From an uncultured Candidatus Rokubacteria bacterium (lineage in GTDB: Bacteria; Methylomirabilota; Methylomirabilia; Rokubacteriales; CSP1-6), in assembly GCA_963758635.1 (NCBI GenBank), contig CAVWWD010000007.1:224001-288000 (forward strand): a DNA stretch of 64,000 nucleotides, given 5' to 3'. Of this stretch, positions 51,665 through 62,881 are shown one piece after another (within the stretch, counting starts at the first letter, position 1; each line of letters opens with the position of its first letter). The notes beneath the pieces are model-generated. The model saw nothing but the letters and a program-made list of their open reading frames with translations. It did no database searches and was not told where the DNA came from. A program made the position numbers and the translations under genes.

Positions 51665-51747
51665 TGAGCCTCGCAGAATACGGTGAACCGCCACGGGCCT
51701 CTACAGTCCCACCGCTCGGCATTAGTCTGATGCGCGGGGCTCAGATA

Positions 51748-53597
51748 GTGACGAGCGCGCCCTTCGTGCGCCGGCTGGAGCGAGCAGCCCCTCCTGAGCG
51801 ACGGCGCCATGGGGACCATGCTCTACTCCCGGGGCATCGCGCTCGACGCGTGCTTCAACGTCCTCAACGTCAACGAGCCGCGCCTCGTCCAGGCCGTCCA
51901 CGCCGAGTACCTCCTGGCCGGGGCCGACTGCGTCCAGACCAACACCTTCGGCGCCAACCGCTTCAAGCTGGGCGTCCACGGCCTCGCGGGCAGCGTGCGC
52001 GAGATCAACCGGCGCGGCGCCAACCTCGCGCGCGAACGTCCGGGAGAGCACGGGGAAGGACGCCCTCGTCCTCGGATCGATGGGCCCCCTGGGCAAGTAC
52101 CTGGCGCCGCTCGGCGCGCTCGAGCCCGACGAGGCGCGCGCGGCGTTCCGCGAGCAGGCGGAGGGCCTCCTCGAGGGCGGCGTCGACGCGTTCGTCGTGG
52201 AGACCTTCTCCGACCTCCAGGAGGCGAGCCTCGCGGTGGCCGCGATCCGCTCCCTCAGCGACCTGCCCATCGCGGTGACCGCGGCCTTCACGGAGGACGG
52301 CGTGACGTTCCTCGGCCAGTCGCCCGCGGAGGTGGTGCGCGCGCTCCGGGCGCTCCCCGTGCAGGCGGTCGGCGCGAACTGCTCGGTCGGCTCGAGCATC
52401 CTCTACAACGTCCTCGAGCAGATGGTGCCCGAGGCGGCCGGCCTGCCCCTCGTGATCCAGCCCAACGCCGGGCTGCCGAGCCGCGTCGGCGAGCGCCTGA
52501 TGTACCTGTCGTCGCCCGCCTACATGGCCGATTTTGCCGCGCGCATGATCGGCGCCGGCGCGCGCATGGTGGGCGGATGCTGCGGGACGACGCCGCAGCA
52601 CACGCGGGCCATGCGGGAGGCCGTCGATCGCCACGCGCCGCGCCGGGCCGCGCCGGCCCCCGCGCGCGTGGCGCCGCGCGCCGAGCCCGCGGAGGCGCCG
52701 GCCCTGCCCACCACCACCGCGCCGACGCGCCTCGGCCGGACGCTCGACGCGCGGGACTTCCTCGTCACCGTGGAGCTCGACCCTCCGCGCGGCCACAACA
52801 TCGAGAAGCTGGTGCAGGGCGCCAAGCTCCTGAAGGAACGGGGCGTCGAGATCGTGGACATCAACGACGGCTCGCTGGGCCGCATCCGCATGTCCGTCCT
52901 GCCCACCGCCATCCTCGTGCGGGACGCCACCGGCCTCGACATCAACATGCACTTCACGTGTCGCGACCGGAACCTCATGGGCATCCAGGCCGACCTCCTC
53001 GGCGCCCACGCGATGGACATCCGCAACATCCTCGCCATGACCGGAGACCCGCCCCGGACCGGCGACTACGTGAACGCCACGGCGGTCTTCGACGTGGACG
53101 CCATCGGGCTCATCCGGATCCTCGCCGGCATGAACCAGGGGCTCGACGCCACCGGCAACTCCGTGGGCGCGCCCGCCGCGTTCTGCATCGGCGCCGCGCT
53201 CAACCCCGCCGCCGAGGAGCCCGCGCGCGAGATGGAGCGCTTCCTCCAGAAGGTCGAGGCGGGCGCGCGCTGGGCGCAGACGCAGCCGGTGTACGACCTC
53301 GAGGTCCTCGAGCGCTTCTTCGGAGCCACGCGGCCTCCCGTGCCCATCGTGGTGGGCATCCTGCCGCTCCACTCGTCGCGGCACGCGGAGTTCCTCCACA
53401 ACGAGGTGCCCGGCATCACGGTGCCCGACGGCGTGCGGGCGCGGATGCGGGAGGCCGGCGAGCGGGGGCTCCGCGCGGGGATCGAGATGGCCCAGGCCCT
53501 CCTGCACGACGTGCGCGGCGGCTACGCCGGGGCCTACCTGATGCCGTCCTTCGGCCGCTTCGAGGTCGTGGCCGAAGTGCTCGACGCTCTTCACTGA
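51748..53597 (+). CDS. Bifunctional homocysteine S-methyltransferase / methylenetetrahydrofolate reductase (YitJ-like); frameshifts ~51785 and ~52050
   Basis: DGAMGT, TNTFGAN, GANC, GGCCG, then VELDPP, HFTCRDRN, TGDPP, TQPVY, HNEVPG. Confidence 0.88.
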
Positions 53598-53703
53598 GAG
53601 CTTGCGAATGAACGGCGTGGCGGCCCCGCGTGTGTCCGCAGAATCGCGGTGCTGGCCGGCACGGCGAAGTCGAAATCCGCATTCCGTCACAACTACTGGG
53701 TAG

Positions 53704-55781
53704 ATGCCCGCGCGCGCCGCCCGCCGGCTCACGCCGTTCGCGCTGCTCGCGGGTCTCCTCGCGCCGGCGGCCGCCGGCGCGCAGAGCGCCGAGCCCGAGG
53801 CGGTGCCGCGGCTCGATCCGGTGGTGGTCACGGTGACGCGCATGGAGCAGAAGGCGAGCGAGGCGCCCGCCGCGGTCACCGTCCTCACCGGCGAGGACCT
53901 CCGGATCTCGGCGGGGCAGACCCTCGACAACGTCCTGCGCCAGGTCCCGGGCTTCAGCCTCTTCCGCCGGTCCTCGAGCGTGGTCGGCCATCCCACCACG
54001 CAGGGCGTGTCGCTGCGCGGGATCGGGCCCAGCGGGACGAGCCGCGCCCTCGTGCTCCTGGACGACGTGCCCATCAACGACCCGTTCGGCGGCTGGGTCT
54101 ACTGGAACCGCATACCGCTCGCCGGCATCGAGCGCATCGAGGTGGTGCGGGGCGGCGGCTCGAGCGTGTGGGGCAACTACGCGCTGGGCGGGGTCGTGCA
54201 CATCGTGAGCCGGCGGCCCACCGAGCGCGGCATCGCGATCGAGGCGAGCGCCGGCACCGGCGACACGATGAACTTCGACATCCTCGTGAACGAGGTGCAA
54301 GGCCCCGTCCGCCTGAGCTTCGAGGGGAGCTTTTTCGACACCGGCGGCTACCCCGTGGTGAAGGAGTCCCGGCGCGGCTCGATCGACATCGACGCGGAGT
54401 CCATGCACGGCTCGGCCACCCTCCGGGTGGACGTCGCGGTCACCCCCGACCTGACGCTGTTCCTCTCCGGCAACCTCTACGGCGAGGACCGCGGCAACGG
54501 GACCCCGCTGCAGATCAACACCACGCAGGCTGGCGCGCTCGCCGTGGGCGGGCGCCTCGAGAACGTCGGACGGCAGCGAGTGGGCGACGGCGCTCTTCGG
54601 CCACATCCAGGACTTCCGGAGCACGTTCAGCACCCAGGCCGCGGACCGGAACTCCGAGACCCTCGCCCTCGACCAGCGGGTGCCGTCCTCCTCGGTGGGC
54701 GCCTGGGCCCAGTGGAGCCGGCGGTTCGGCGCGCACGCGCTGATGGCCGGCGCGGACGTCAAGTGGGTCGAGGCGGAGACGAACGAGAACGTGTTCGCCG
54801 CCACCGGCTTCCTGCGTCGCCGCGTGGCCGGCGGCGAGCAGGTCATCACCGGCGTCTTCGTCCAGGAACGTCTGGACGCCCGCGCCGTGGGCCGAGGTGG
54901 TCGGCGGCCTCCGCGCCGACTACTGGCTGTCCTACTCGGGGACGCGCCGCGACAGCCCGCCGCCCGCGGGCATTCCCGCGCGCCAGAGCTATTCCGAGCT
55001 CGATCGGCTCATCCTGAGCCCGCGGGTGGCCGCGCTCTTCCATGCCACCCCGACCACGGACGTGCGCGCCTCCGCCTACCAGGGCTTTCGCGTCCCGACC
55101 CTGAACGAGCTGTATCGCGTGTTCCGCGTGCGCGACGACGTGACGGTGGCCAACGAGCATCTGAAGCCCGAGCGGCTGACCGGCGGCGAGGTCTCCGTGC
55201 AGCAGCGCGTGGGGCCGGTGCAGGGGCGCGCCACCGGGTACTGGAACGAGGTCAAGGACCTCGTGCTCAACGTGACCCAGGCCCGGCCGCTGCCCGATTG
55301 CCCGGCCGGCACCACGTGCCGCCAGCGCCAGAACGTGGACCTCGCCCGCATCCGCGGCGTGGAGGCCGAGCTGGAATACCGCCCGGCGAAGGAGTGGCGC
55401 TTCCTCGCGAGCTACCTCTTCAGCGACACGCGCGTGCTCGACGCCCCGCAGCAGAAGGCGCTCGAAGGCAACCGGCTGGCCCAGGTGCCGGAGCACGCGT
55501 TCACGCTCGGCGCGCGGTTCGAGCACCCCGCCTGGTTCACCGCGGGCGTGCAGGTGAGGTTCGTGGGCGATCAGTTCGAGGACGACCTCAACACGCTGTC
55601 GCTCGGCAGCTACACCGTGGTCGACCTCACCATCTCCCGCGCCTTCGCGAAGTGGGGCGAGGTCTTCGTGGCGGTGGAGAACCTGTTCGACCAGACCTAC
55701 GCGGTGGGGCGCACCACCAGCGGCGTCACGTCGATCGGCGCGCCGCGGCTCGTGCGGGGCGGCGTCCGGCTGACCTTTTAG
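53704..55781 (+). CDS. TonB-dependent outer-membrane receptor; frameshifts ~54565 and ~54870
   Basis: Signal peptide, VVVTVTR TonB box, plug (LRG..IERIEVVRGG..ALGGVV), FRVPTLNELY, ENLFD, C-terminal Phe. Confidence 0.9.
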
Positions 55782-55788
55782 CTATGGG

Positions 55789-57443
55789 CTAGTTCCTCGG
55801 CGTCGCCACGGCTGGGCGCGAGAGCCATGCGGCGGCGGCGCTCGTGTCGCGATGGAGCCGCGCAAGATGGCCAGCACCAGATCGTGGGTGGCCTGCGTGC
55901 CGAACGGAGCGTCCACGTGCCGTGTCCGGCCGCCTTCCGGCGCCCGCAGGAGGAACGGTACGCGCGGATCGGTCTGCCCGTCGTACTGAGCGGACGCCTG
56001 CCACGATCGAGTGGAGGTCACCACGATCCACGTGCGGTCGTCGAGGCGCACACGGTCCATCCCGCGCCGCAGCTCGCCGACCACCCGGTCGGCGAGCGCG
56101 AGATTGTCGAAGTAGCCCGCGGCCGCACCGCTGAAGTTCCATGCGGTGAGACGTTCCGTGGCCCGGTCGTAGATACCCGGCGGCTGGGGAAGCGGCAGGT
56201 GGAGAAAGACGAGGCCGAAGCGGTCGTCGGCCGCGGTGCGGATCGCCAGGCTCGTGAGCTCGGCCACCCGCTCGGAGAACTGCCGTCGGAGATTCAGCGG
56301 GGGCGCGAGGCTCGCCCACTGCCTCCACAGCGACCCGGCGAATGTGTCGCCACGCGCCTGCTCGAACGCGACGGACGGTCTCCAGTGCGCGACCGCGAGC
56401 GAGCCGCCGAGCACCCGCGGATACGGCAGGTGCCATCCGATCAGCGCCGTGTCGTAGCCGAGCGCTCGCGCGCGGGAGAACACGTTCGGCTCGGCGCTCC
56501 ATTGCGCCGTCTTGCCGTCCGCGAACGTGAGCTGGAGGTCCCTTGGATTCAGCGGCGCCGCCGCGACGACCGGACGCCCGGTGATGAGCGCGGGGATCGT
56601 CACGTCAGTCGTGCCCGCCGGCGAGCGCGCGGCGTGGGCGTAGAGCGACTCCCGCTTCAGACGATCGAGCTCCGGCAGCTCGAGACCTGTCGGTCGCGCC
56701 TCGAACGCGACGCGCTGGTCGAGCTCCTCGAACACGATCCAGACCACGCGCCGGAGGCTCGGTGGCGGCCGGTCGAGGGGTGTCGGGTCGACTCCTCGCC
56801 ACGCCGGGCCGGCCGCCACCTCGAGGAACATCCACAGGGCGATGGCCATCGTGCCGACCGCCAGGGGTGAGAGGGCCACCGCGACGCCGCGCACCACCCG
56901 CAGGGCCGGGAACGGGCGGCTCAGCGACGCGGTGAGCGTCAGGGCGGCAAGGACCAGCAGTCCAGGCCATCCGATGACATCGGTCCATCGGCCGACCGCC
57001 TCGTGCGTCATGCGCGCGAAGTTCATGGAGGCGAGAAGGGTCCCCACGGCGGCGCCGGCGGCGAGACGCTGCCACGCCGGCCGCCTGACGCGTCGAATCC
57101 ATTGCACGACCAGAAAGCCGACGGCGGCGAGCCCGACGACATTCAGCACGAATGCCGCCAGCGCCGGCGCCCGAAGCGGCGTCAGGTGGTAGAAGTCCCA
57201 GCTCGGTCGGAACAGCATCTCGCTGCGCGCCTGGCTGAAGCAGAGCGTCGACAGCGAGAGGCACGCGAGGGCGTCGATCGTGTGTTGGCGTTGGGGCCAC
57301 CGCAGCCAGCGGGAAGGAGGGGGCGGCAGAGGCTCGCGCGCGTCGCGGAACCACCACAGCTGGTCCGCCGCCGAGCCGCTGTCGGGGCGGCCTCGAGTGG
57401 TCGGCCGCTGTCCGGCCTCTGGATCAGGCGCCCGGCCGGACAC
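55789..57443 (-). CDS. Membrane-anchored sulfatase/alkaline-phosphatase-superfamily protein; frameshift near the 3' end
   Basis: About 5 TM helices, VVWIVFEELD, TDVTIPALITG, FLHLPLP, RVPFL. Confidence 0.72.
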
Positions 57444-57485
57444 GTCTCCTCACATGTCGGACTCGTTTATCCGCGCTGCGGATCG

Positions 57486-58476
57486 TCACCGCTTCTGCCG
57501 CTCCAGCGCTTCCGGATTGATCACGTCGATGGGCGTGCCGGCCGCCCAGGCGAGCAGGCGCTCGACGCCACCGGCGTAGATGCCTTCGTAGCCCTCCTTC
57601 TCCGCGTAGCCGAGATGCGGCGTGCACAGCGCGTTCGGCATCTTCAGCAGCGGGTGCGCGGCGCCGACGACCGGTTCCGTTTCGAAGACATCCACCGCCG
57701 CGAAGCCCGGGCGGCCCTTGCCGAGCGCGGCAACGAGCGCGCCCTCCTCGATGATCGGAGCGCGGCTCGTGTTGACCAGCAGCGCCGTGGGCTTCATGCG
57801 CGCGAGATCGTCGGCCGTGACGATGCCGCGGGTCTCCGTGCCGCCGGGCAGGTGCAGGCTGAGCGACGTCGGCCCCCTCGAAGAAGGCCTCTCGGCTCGC
57901 GGCCACCTCGAAGCCCTCGGCACGGGCACGCGCGGTCGAGCTCTCACGGCCCCAGCACACGCCCCTCATGCCGAACGCACGGCCGACCCTCGCCACCGCC
58001 GCGCCGATGTGACCGAAGGCGTAGATCCCGAGCGTCTGACCCTCCAGGCGCGTGCCCACGGTCGAGTGCCAGAAGCCCTGCTTGAGTCGCTCCACCTCGA
58101 ACGGCAGATGACGCAGCGACGCGATGATCAATCCCCACGTCAGCTCCGCCGTCGTGGAGAAGGCCGTACGCGCGCCGCCCCGCCCGGCTGACACCACCAC
58201 GCCGTGCTCGGTGCAGGCGGCAACGTCGACGTGGTAGACGTTGGCGCTCGTCTGGCTGATGAACCTGAGGTCGGGCAGCCGCGCGACGATCTCGCGGGTC
58301 ACCGGCACCCGCTGCTGTGTGAGCAGCACGGCCTCACAGCCGGCCACCTGCTCGACGACACGCGCCGGCTCGGTGTAGGCGTCGGTGTGCACGACGACCT
58401 CGTGCCCCCGCAGCCGCTGGTACGCGCGGGTCGTCCGGAACACGTCAGCGTAGTCGTGAATGACCGCGATCTTCAT
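57486..58476 (-). CDS. D-2-hydroxyacid dehydrogenase family; frameshift ~57865
   Basis: TAELTW, GHIG, SLHL, LVNTSR, DVFETEP, TPHLG. Confidence 0.9.
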
Positions 58477-58625
58477 GGGCCTCCCTCCCTCCGGTGTGCT
58501 CGTGGCGTGACCGTTTCGACCAGGTCAGCTGAAGGCTGGCAGCCGAGCTCGCCCCAGCCGAGGGGGCTACGACCCCGTCGCGTATTTCAAGGAGGGTCGT
58601 CCCGTCACAACGTCGCGGCGAGCCT

Positions 58626-59441
58626 CTAGCGCCGGCCTTCCGCGCGCGCGATGAAATCGAGCGTCGCCTCCGCGCAGCGCTCGGCGTCGCTCGCCGCCGC
58701 GTGAAAGGAGTTGCCCGGCAGGACCAGCATCTCCGATCGCGGGATGAGCGTCTGCCATGCCCGGGTCTCCTCCACCGAGGCAAGGCCGCTCCCCTCGGTG
58801 GTGATGACCAGGGTAGGGCACGCGATCCGCGGCACGTCCGCGCGGATGTCCGCGCAGGCGATGGTGCCCATGAAGCCGACCTGCGTGGACACGGCGGTGC
58901 GAGCCATGAACAACGTCCACCACTGCGCTCCCGCTGCGGGAAACCGGTCGCCGAGCCGGCTCGTCATGGTGCGGCGGGCCCACGGCTCCACGCCGTCGTT
59001 CTCGAACTCCTGGGTCAGCTCGGGTGCCCGCTCCGCCGCGCCCTCCCGCAGGGGCGGTGGCGTGCCGACAACGGTGAGCGAGAGAACACGCTCCGGCCGG
59101 CGTGCGGCGAAGGCCCGGGCGATCGTTCCGCCGATCTTCGCCCCGACCAGGTGGAACCGCTCGACCCCGAGTCGGTCCATGAGGCGGAGGTAGTCCCCGA
59201 TGACGACGTCGAGGCTCCACGCGAAGTCGCGGGGCATCGGCGTGGACCGGCCGAAGCCCCGCATGTCGGGGCGCACCACGCGCAATTGCCGCGCGAGACA
59301 GGGCACCCAGCCGTACCAGGCCGCGCCGCTCTCCGCGTTGCCGTGCAGGAGCAGCACGGTCGACGGCGTGCCCCACGGGTCCGTGAAGTCGTCGACATCG
59401 TAGTGCATCTCGTGGCCGGGTGAGATCTGGATCGACGGCAA
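58626..59441 (-). CDS. Alpha/beta-fold hydrolase
   Basis: LLLHG, DMRGFGRS, HLVGAKIGG, PTLVI. Confidence 0.85.
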   Translation of the reverse strand: MPSIQISPGHEMHYDVDDFTDPWGTPSTVLLLHGNAESGAAWYGWVPCLARQLRVVRPDMRGFGRSTPMPRDFAWSLDVVIGDYLRLMDRLGVERFHLVGAKIGGTIARAFAARRPERVLSLTVVGTPPPLREGAAERAPELTQEFENDGVEPWARRTMTSRLGDRFPAAGAQWWTLFMARTAVSTQVGFMGTIACADIRADVPRIACPTLVITTEGSGLASVEETRAWQTLIPRSEMLVLPGNSFHAAASDAERCAEATLDFIARAEGRR

Positions 59442-59887
59442 CGCGCGCCTCCTGGTCCCTCGTGACCTCCCTCTTTACGACATTTCCTGACGGATGACCA
59501 GCGCCCGCTGGCGCGCTCTGGGCTTGCCGGAACACGCCACGCCCGAGAGCGGCCTCACGTAGTCCGTGGCCGCCGATCCGCTACTACGCCCGGGAGGCGT
59601 GAGCGGTCCTTACACCGGCCTTCTGAGCCTTCTGAGCCGTGGTCCCGGGCGCGCCGGTGTACTCGTGCTGGCCGAGAGCGGCGCAAGCGAGCGGCTCTCC
59701 TTGCTCCGGGCGAAAAGCCCGAGCGAGCCCCTGCGCCTGGCCATCGGCGCGAGAACTGCCCGGGTCAGCCATGGCGAGCTGCTCGGGCGGGTCGCCGCGA
59801 TCGCGCTCCGAGGCCGATGGGCCATCTGTGCCCGGGTGTTCCCGCGATCAGAAACCACCCTGCCCCCCCGACGAGGGCCCCGGCCAT

Positions 59888-59903
59888 TGGCATCTGGTTT
59901 GCC
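59888..59903 (+). promoter_or_regulatory. sigma54 promoter of the LysM/amidase operon
   Basis: TGGCAT-CTGGT-TTGCC, about 85 nt upstream of ATG 59988. Confidence 0.65.
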
Positions 59904-59987
59904 ACTCTATCGTTCGCGGCCGGCACACTCACGGCCGCGTCGGCGAGGCCGGCCGTGAGGGTGGCCGCTTGACGACGGGGAGGCAGG

Positions 59988-60641
59988 ATGAAGACCGTGC
60001 ACGTGGTGCGTCAGGGCGAGTACCTATCGAGCATCGCGCAGATGTACCAGCGGCGGTGGCAGACGATCTACTACCACCCCGACAACGCGGACTTTCGCCA
60101 GCGACGCCCCGATCCAAACGTCATCCGCCCCGGCGATCAGATCGTCATCCCCGACCGCGTTGAGCGCGTCGAGCCCCGGGACACCGATCGGCGGCACCGC
60201 TTCCGCGTCGAGACGGTCACGCTGCGGCTGCGCATCGTCGTCCGTGACGATGCGGGCCGCGCCGTCGGCAACGAGCCGTACCTGCTCACCGTCGGCGACG
60301 CTGCGCTTCGGGGGAAGACTGATTCCCGCGGCCTCCTGGACCATCGCATCCCGGTCGGCGTCACCGAGGGGAAGCTGTCCCTCCTGACCAAGAAGCTCAC
60401 GTTTCCTCTCGCCATCGGACATCTCGATCCCATCGAGGATCCCGACGACTGGGCCCTGACCGGCGTCCAGGCCCGTCTCAACAACCTCGGGTATTTCTGC
60501 GGAGCCGTCGACAACGTGAAGGGGCCGAAGACCACCGCGGCGATTCGCCGCTTCCAGGAGCACGTCCTGGGGCGTACCCGTCCTGACGGCGAGCTGGACA
60601 CCGAAACCCGGCGCGCGCTCAAGCGCGAGCACGGCTGCTGA
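59988..60641 (+). CDS. LysM-like plus peptidoglycan-binding (PG_binding_1) protein, no signal peptide
   Basis: HVVRQGEYLSSIA..PNVIRPGDQIVIP; GVQARLNNLGY..VD...GPKTTAAIRRFQ..DG; GGAGG RBS. Confidence 0.85.
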   Translation: MKTVHVVRQGEYLSSIAQMYQRRWQTIYYHPDNADFRQRRPDPNVIRPGDQIVIPDRVERVEPRDTDRRHRFRVETVTLRLRIVVRDDAGRAVGNEPYLLTVGDAALRGKTDSRGLLDHRIPVGVTEGKLSLLTKKLTFPLAIGHLDPIEDPDDWALTGVQARLNNLGYFCGAVDNVKGPKTTAAIRRFQEHVLGRTRPDGELDTETRRALKREHGC

Positions 60642-60651
60642 GGGACGACCC

Positions 60652-62877
60652 CTGCCGCAGACGCGCATCGGCGAGTACCAGGTCCGGTCGGGCAACGCGG
60701 CAACGCCCTTCTGGCGGATTCCCCCCGGCCTGGACGCCGTCGCCCTCGCCACGAACACGGTCTTGCCCCAGGTCGCTCCGAACGACCCGGCCACCTGGAA
60801 CACCCTCACGCTGCTTCCCCGCTTCGGGATCTTCGACATCGTCGTTCGCATGTCCGAGCCGGTCGTCGAGAGCCCGTTGACCGACGCCCAGTCGGTCGAC
60901 CTGCTCGTGACATCCCTGGCCGGCCCTCCGGTCGCCGCCGCCATGCCGATGTGGGAGGACGGCTCCGGCACGCTCGAGCACCGCGTCGCGAACTTCTCCT
61001 TCGCGGTGCCCCTCGCCCAGGGACATCAGCATTTCGACGGCACGCTCGTCCTCACCGCCGAGCAGGCGGGCCCGCCGCGCGGGAGGCTCAAGACGGTCCG
61101 GCTGCCCCTCCGGGTGGGCGCGTTCGAGCGCGTCGCCGACCTGTTCGTGTTCTTCCTGGCCACCGCCCAGAACCGCCGGCCCCAGCCGGAGTACTGCTGG
61201 GTGAAGGTCCCGGCGCGGATCTGGGTGGGCGCTCCCAACACGGTCCCCGCCGTCGGGGCCACCGTCGACGCCAAGATCCTCCGCGACAATTTCCGGAACG
61301 GCTTCGACCGGCGCAACCGGCGGGTCGCCCTGCGGACGGACGCGACCGGGACGGCCGCTTTCCCGCACGCGAACGGCGACCGCACCGTCCTTGCGTTCCC
61401 CACCGCCTGGCCGATGATCTTCACGGCGACGCTGGGCGGACACGTGCCCCGCGCCCATCTCGCGCGGTTCGAGCGCGCGGACATCGATCACAACCGCAAT
61501 CCGCACCAGGTGTCCGCCGTACGGATCATCCCGATCGCCAGCGCGCGGGGAGGCATGAGCGCGAGCACCGTCCTGATCGATCCGGGCCACGGCGTCGTGT
61601 ACGCGTTCGCCAGCCAGCGGCGATCCCAGGAGTGGTTCGTTGCCCATCGCATCGGCGTGCGCGTGCGCGAGATCCTGCACGACCGGTTCGGCGTGCCGGA
61701 GGCGAACCTGTTCATGACACGCACGGCGGGCTTCGGCCTCATCGATCCCGGCGAGGTGGGCCGTCAAGACGCGCCCGAGCGAGGGGCCCGGCGTTTCGTC
61801 TTCGAGCCGGCGGGCCGCCGGCTGCGGATCGCTCACGCCCTCGGCCTGCACGACTTGTCCGACCTGGTCCTCACCGGCGCAGACGACACGCCGGCCAACG
61901 TCGCGCCGGCGGCGCGCGACCACCTGATCCAGACCAACGGCGCCACGGTGGCCGCCATCATCGCGCGCATCCAGGGGAGCCTCCCCGCAGGGCAGCGGGT
62001 CCAGGCCGGCTCGGTACGATGGAGTACGGCGACCAGCCGCTACGTCTGCCGGATCGAGCGGCATCCGCCGGTCGCCGCGCAGAACCCGATCGTGGACGAC
62101 GCGCGCCCGGTGGCGATCACCGTCAATGACTGGTTCGCGCTGGATGGGGCGATGCTCGCGAACCTCGCGCACCGCACCGCCCGCTGGTCGGTGGACCTCG
62201 AGCTGGGCAGCGGCCCCGCCGCCAACGCGGCGACCGGCCGCCCGTCCTTCCATGCCGCCATGGACGCGGCGCTTCTGCGGGAGAATGCGAGCGACTACAT
62301 GCGGCATGCGATCGTCGACGAGCTCGCCCTCGAGGAGCCGTACGCGCCGGGCGCGGCGATTCCTGCGGTGTACAGTGGCGAGGAGAGCATGGCCTGGCAC
62401 TTCCGCGTCCGGCGCGACTACATCAACCGAAAGGCCTGCCACGTCGCGATCACCATCCACGAGAATGCCGCCGGGGGCAACGTCGTCGACGCCCGGGGCA
62501 TGGCGATGCTCGTCGGCCAGGGACCCCCGGCCGCCCAGGTCCACGCGGCCAAGGTGTTCATGAAGTACGTGGATCCCTTCGACCAGGGCCTCCGCCAGGG
62601 CGGCGTTGTCGAGAGTAACGCCGGGATGCTCGCCGCCCAGAACACGCGCCGGGACGCTCATGTCTACTTCGAGCTGGAATTCATGACGAGCACGATCCTG
62701 GACAATCCCGAGGTCCGGGCCGCCGATCCGAGCCGCTACCAGTACGACGAGATGTCGCGGGCCGGCTTCGTCGACACCGTTTCGGAGCAGATCGTCGCCG
62801 GCGTGGTGGAGTTTCTCCTTGACGCGCAGAGCGACATCGACGCCGTGGGCTACGATGGATCGCTCCCGACATGGTGA
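60652..62877 (+). CDS. Large divergent N-acetylmuramoyl-L-alanine amidase (Amidase_3) with an unknown N-terminal region; start CTG 60652 or TTG 60763
   Basis: LIDPGHG..QE..LFMTR ... ITIHENA ... YFELEFM; frame open back to a CTG preceded by GAGGG. Confidence 0.72.
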   Translation: MPQTRIGEYQVRSGNAATPFWRIPPGLDAVALATNTVLPQVAPNDPATWNTLTLLPRFGIFDIVVRMSEPVVESPLTDAQSVDLLVTSLAGPPVAAAMPMWEDGSGTLEHRVANFSFAVPLAQGHQHFDGTLVLTAEQAGPPRGRLKTVRLPLRVGAFERVADLFVFFLATAQNRRPQPEYCWVKVPARIWVGAPNTVPAVGATVDAKILRDNFRNGFDRRNRRVALRTDATGTAAFPHANGDRTVLAFPTAWPMIFTATLGGHVPRAHLARFERADIDHNRNPHQVSAVRIIPIASARGGMSASTVLIDPGHGVVYAFASQRRSQEWFVAHRIGVRVREILHDRFGVPEANLFMTRTAGFGLIDPGEVGRQDAPERGARRFVFEPAGRRLRIAHALGLHDLSDLVLTGADDTPANVAPAARDHLIQTNGATVAAIIARIQGSLPAGQRVQAGSVRWSTATSRYVCRIERHPPVAAQNPIVDDARPVAITVNDWFALDGAMLANLAHRTARWSVDLELGSGPAANAATGRPSFHAAMDAALLRENASDYMRHAIVDELALEEPYAPGAAIPAVYSGEESMAWHFRVRRDYINRKACHVAITIHENAAGGNVVDARGMAMLVGQGPPAAQVHAAKVFMKYVDPFDQGLRQGGVVESNAGMLAAQNTRRDAHVYFELEFMTSTILDNPEVRAADPSRYQYDEMSRAGFVDTVSEQIVAGVVEFLLDAQSDIDAVGYDGSLPTW

Positions 62878-62881
62878 CGCC

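Noticed and set aside
53598..53703. Cobalamin riboswitch before the TonB receptor
   Set aside because: The gap is only about 105 nt and no B12-box is recognisable
4329..58476. Mass pseudogenisation or programmed frameshifting in thiolase, PepN, HK/RR, MBL, Hcy-MTs, TonB receptor and others
   Set aside because: Isolated 1-nt indels in GC runs across many unrelated genes, without in-frame stops or decay, fit long-read error. Only the IS630 A7 site looks programmed
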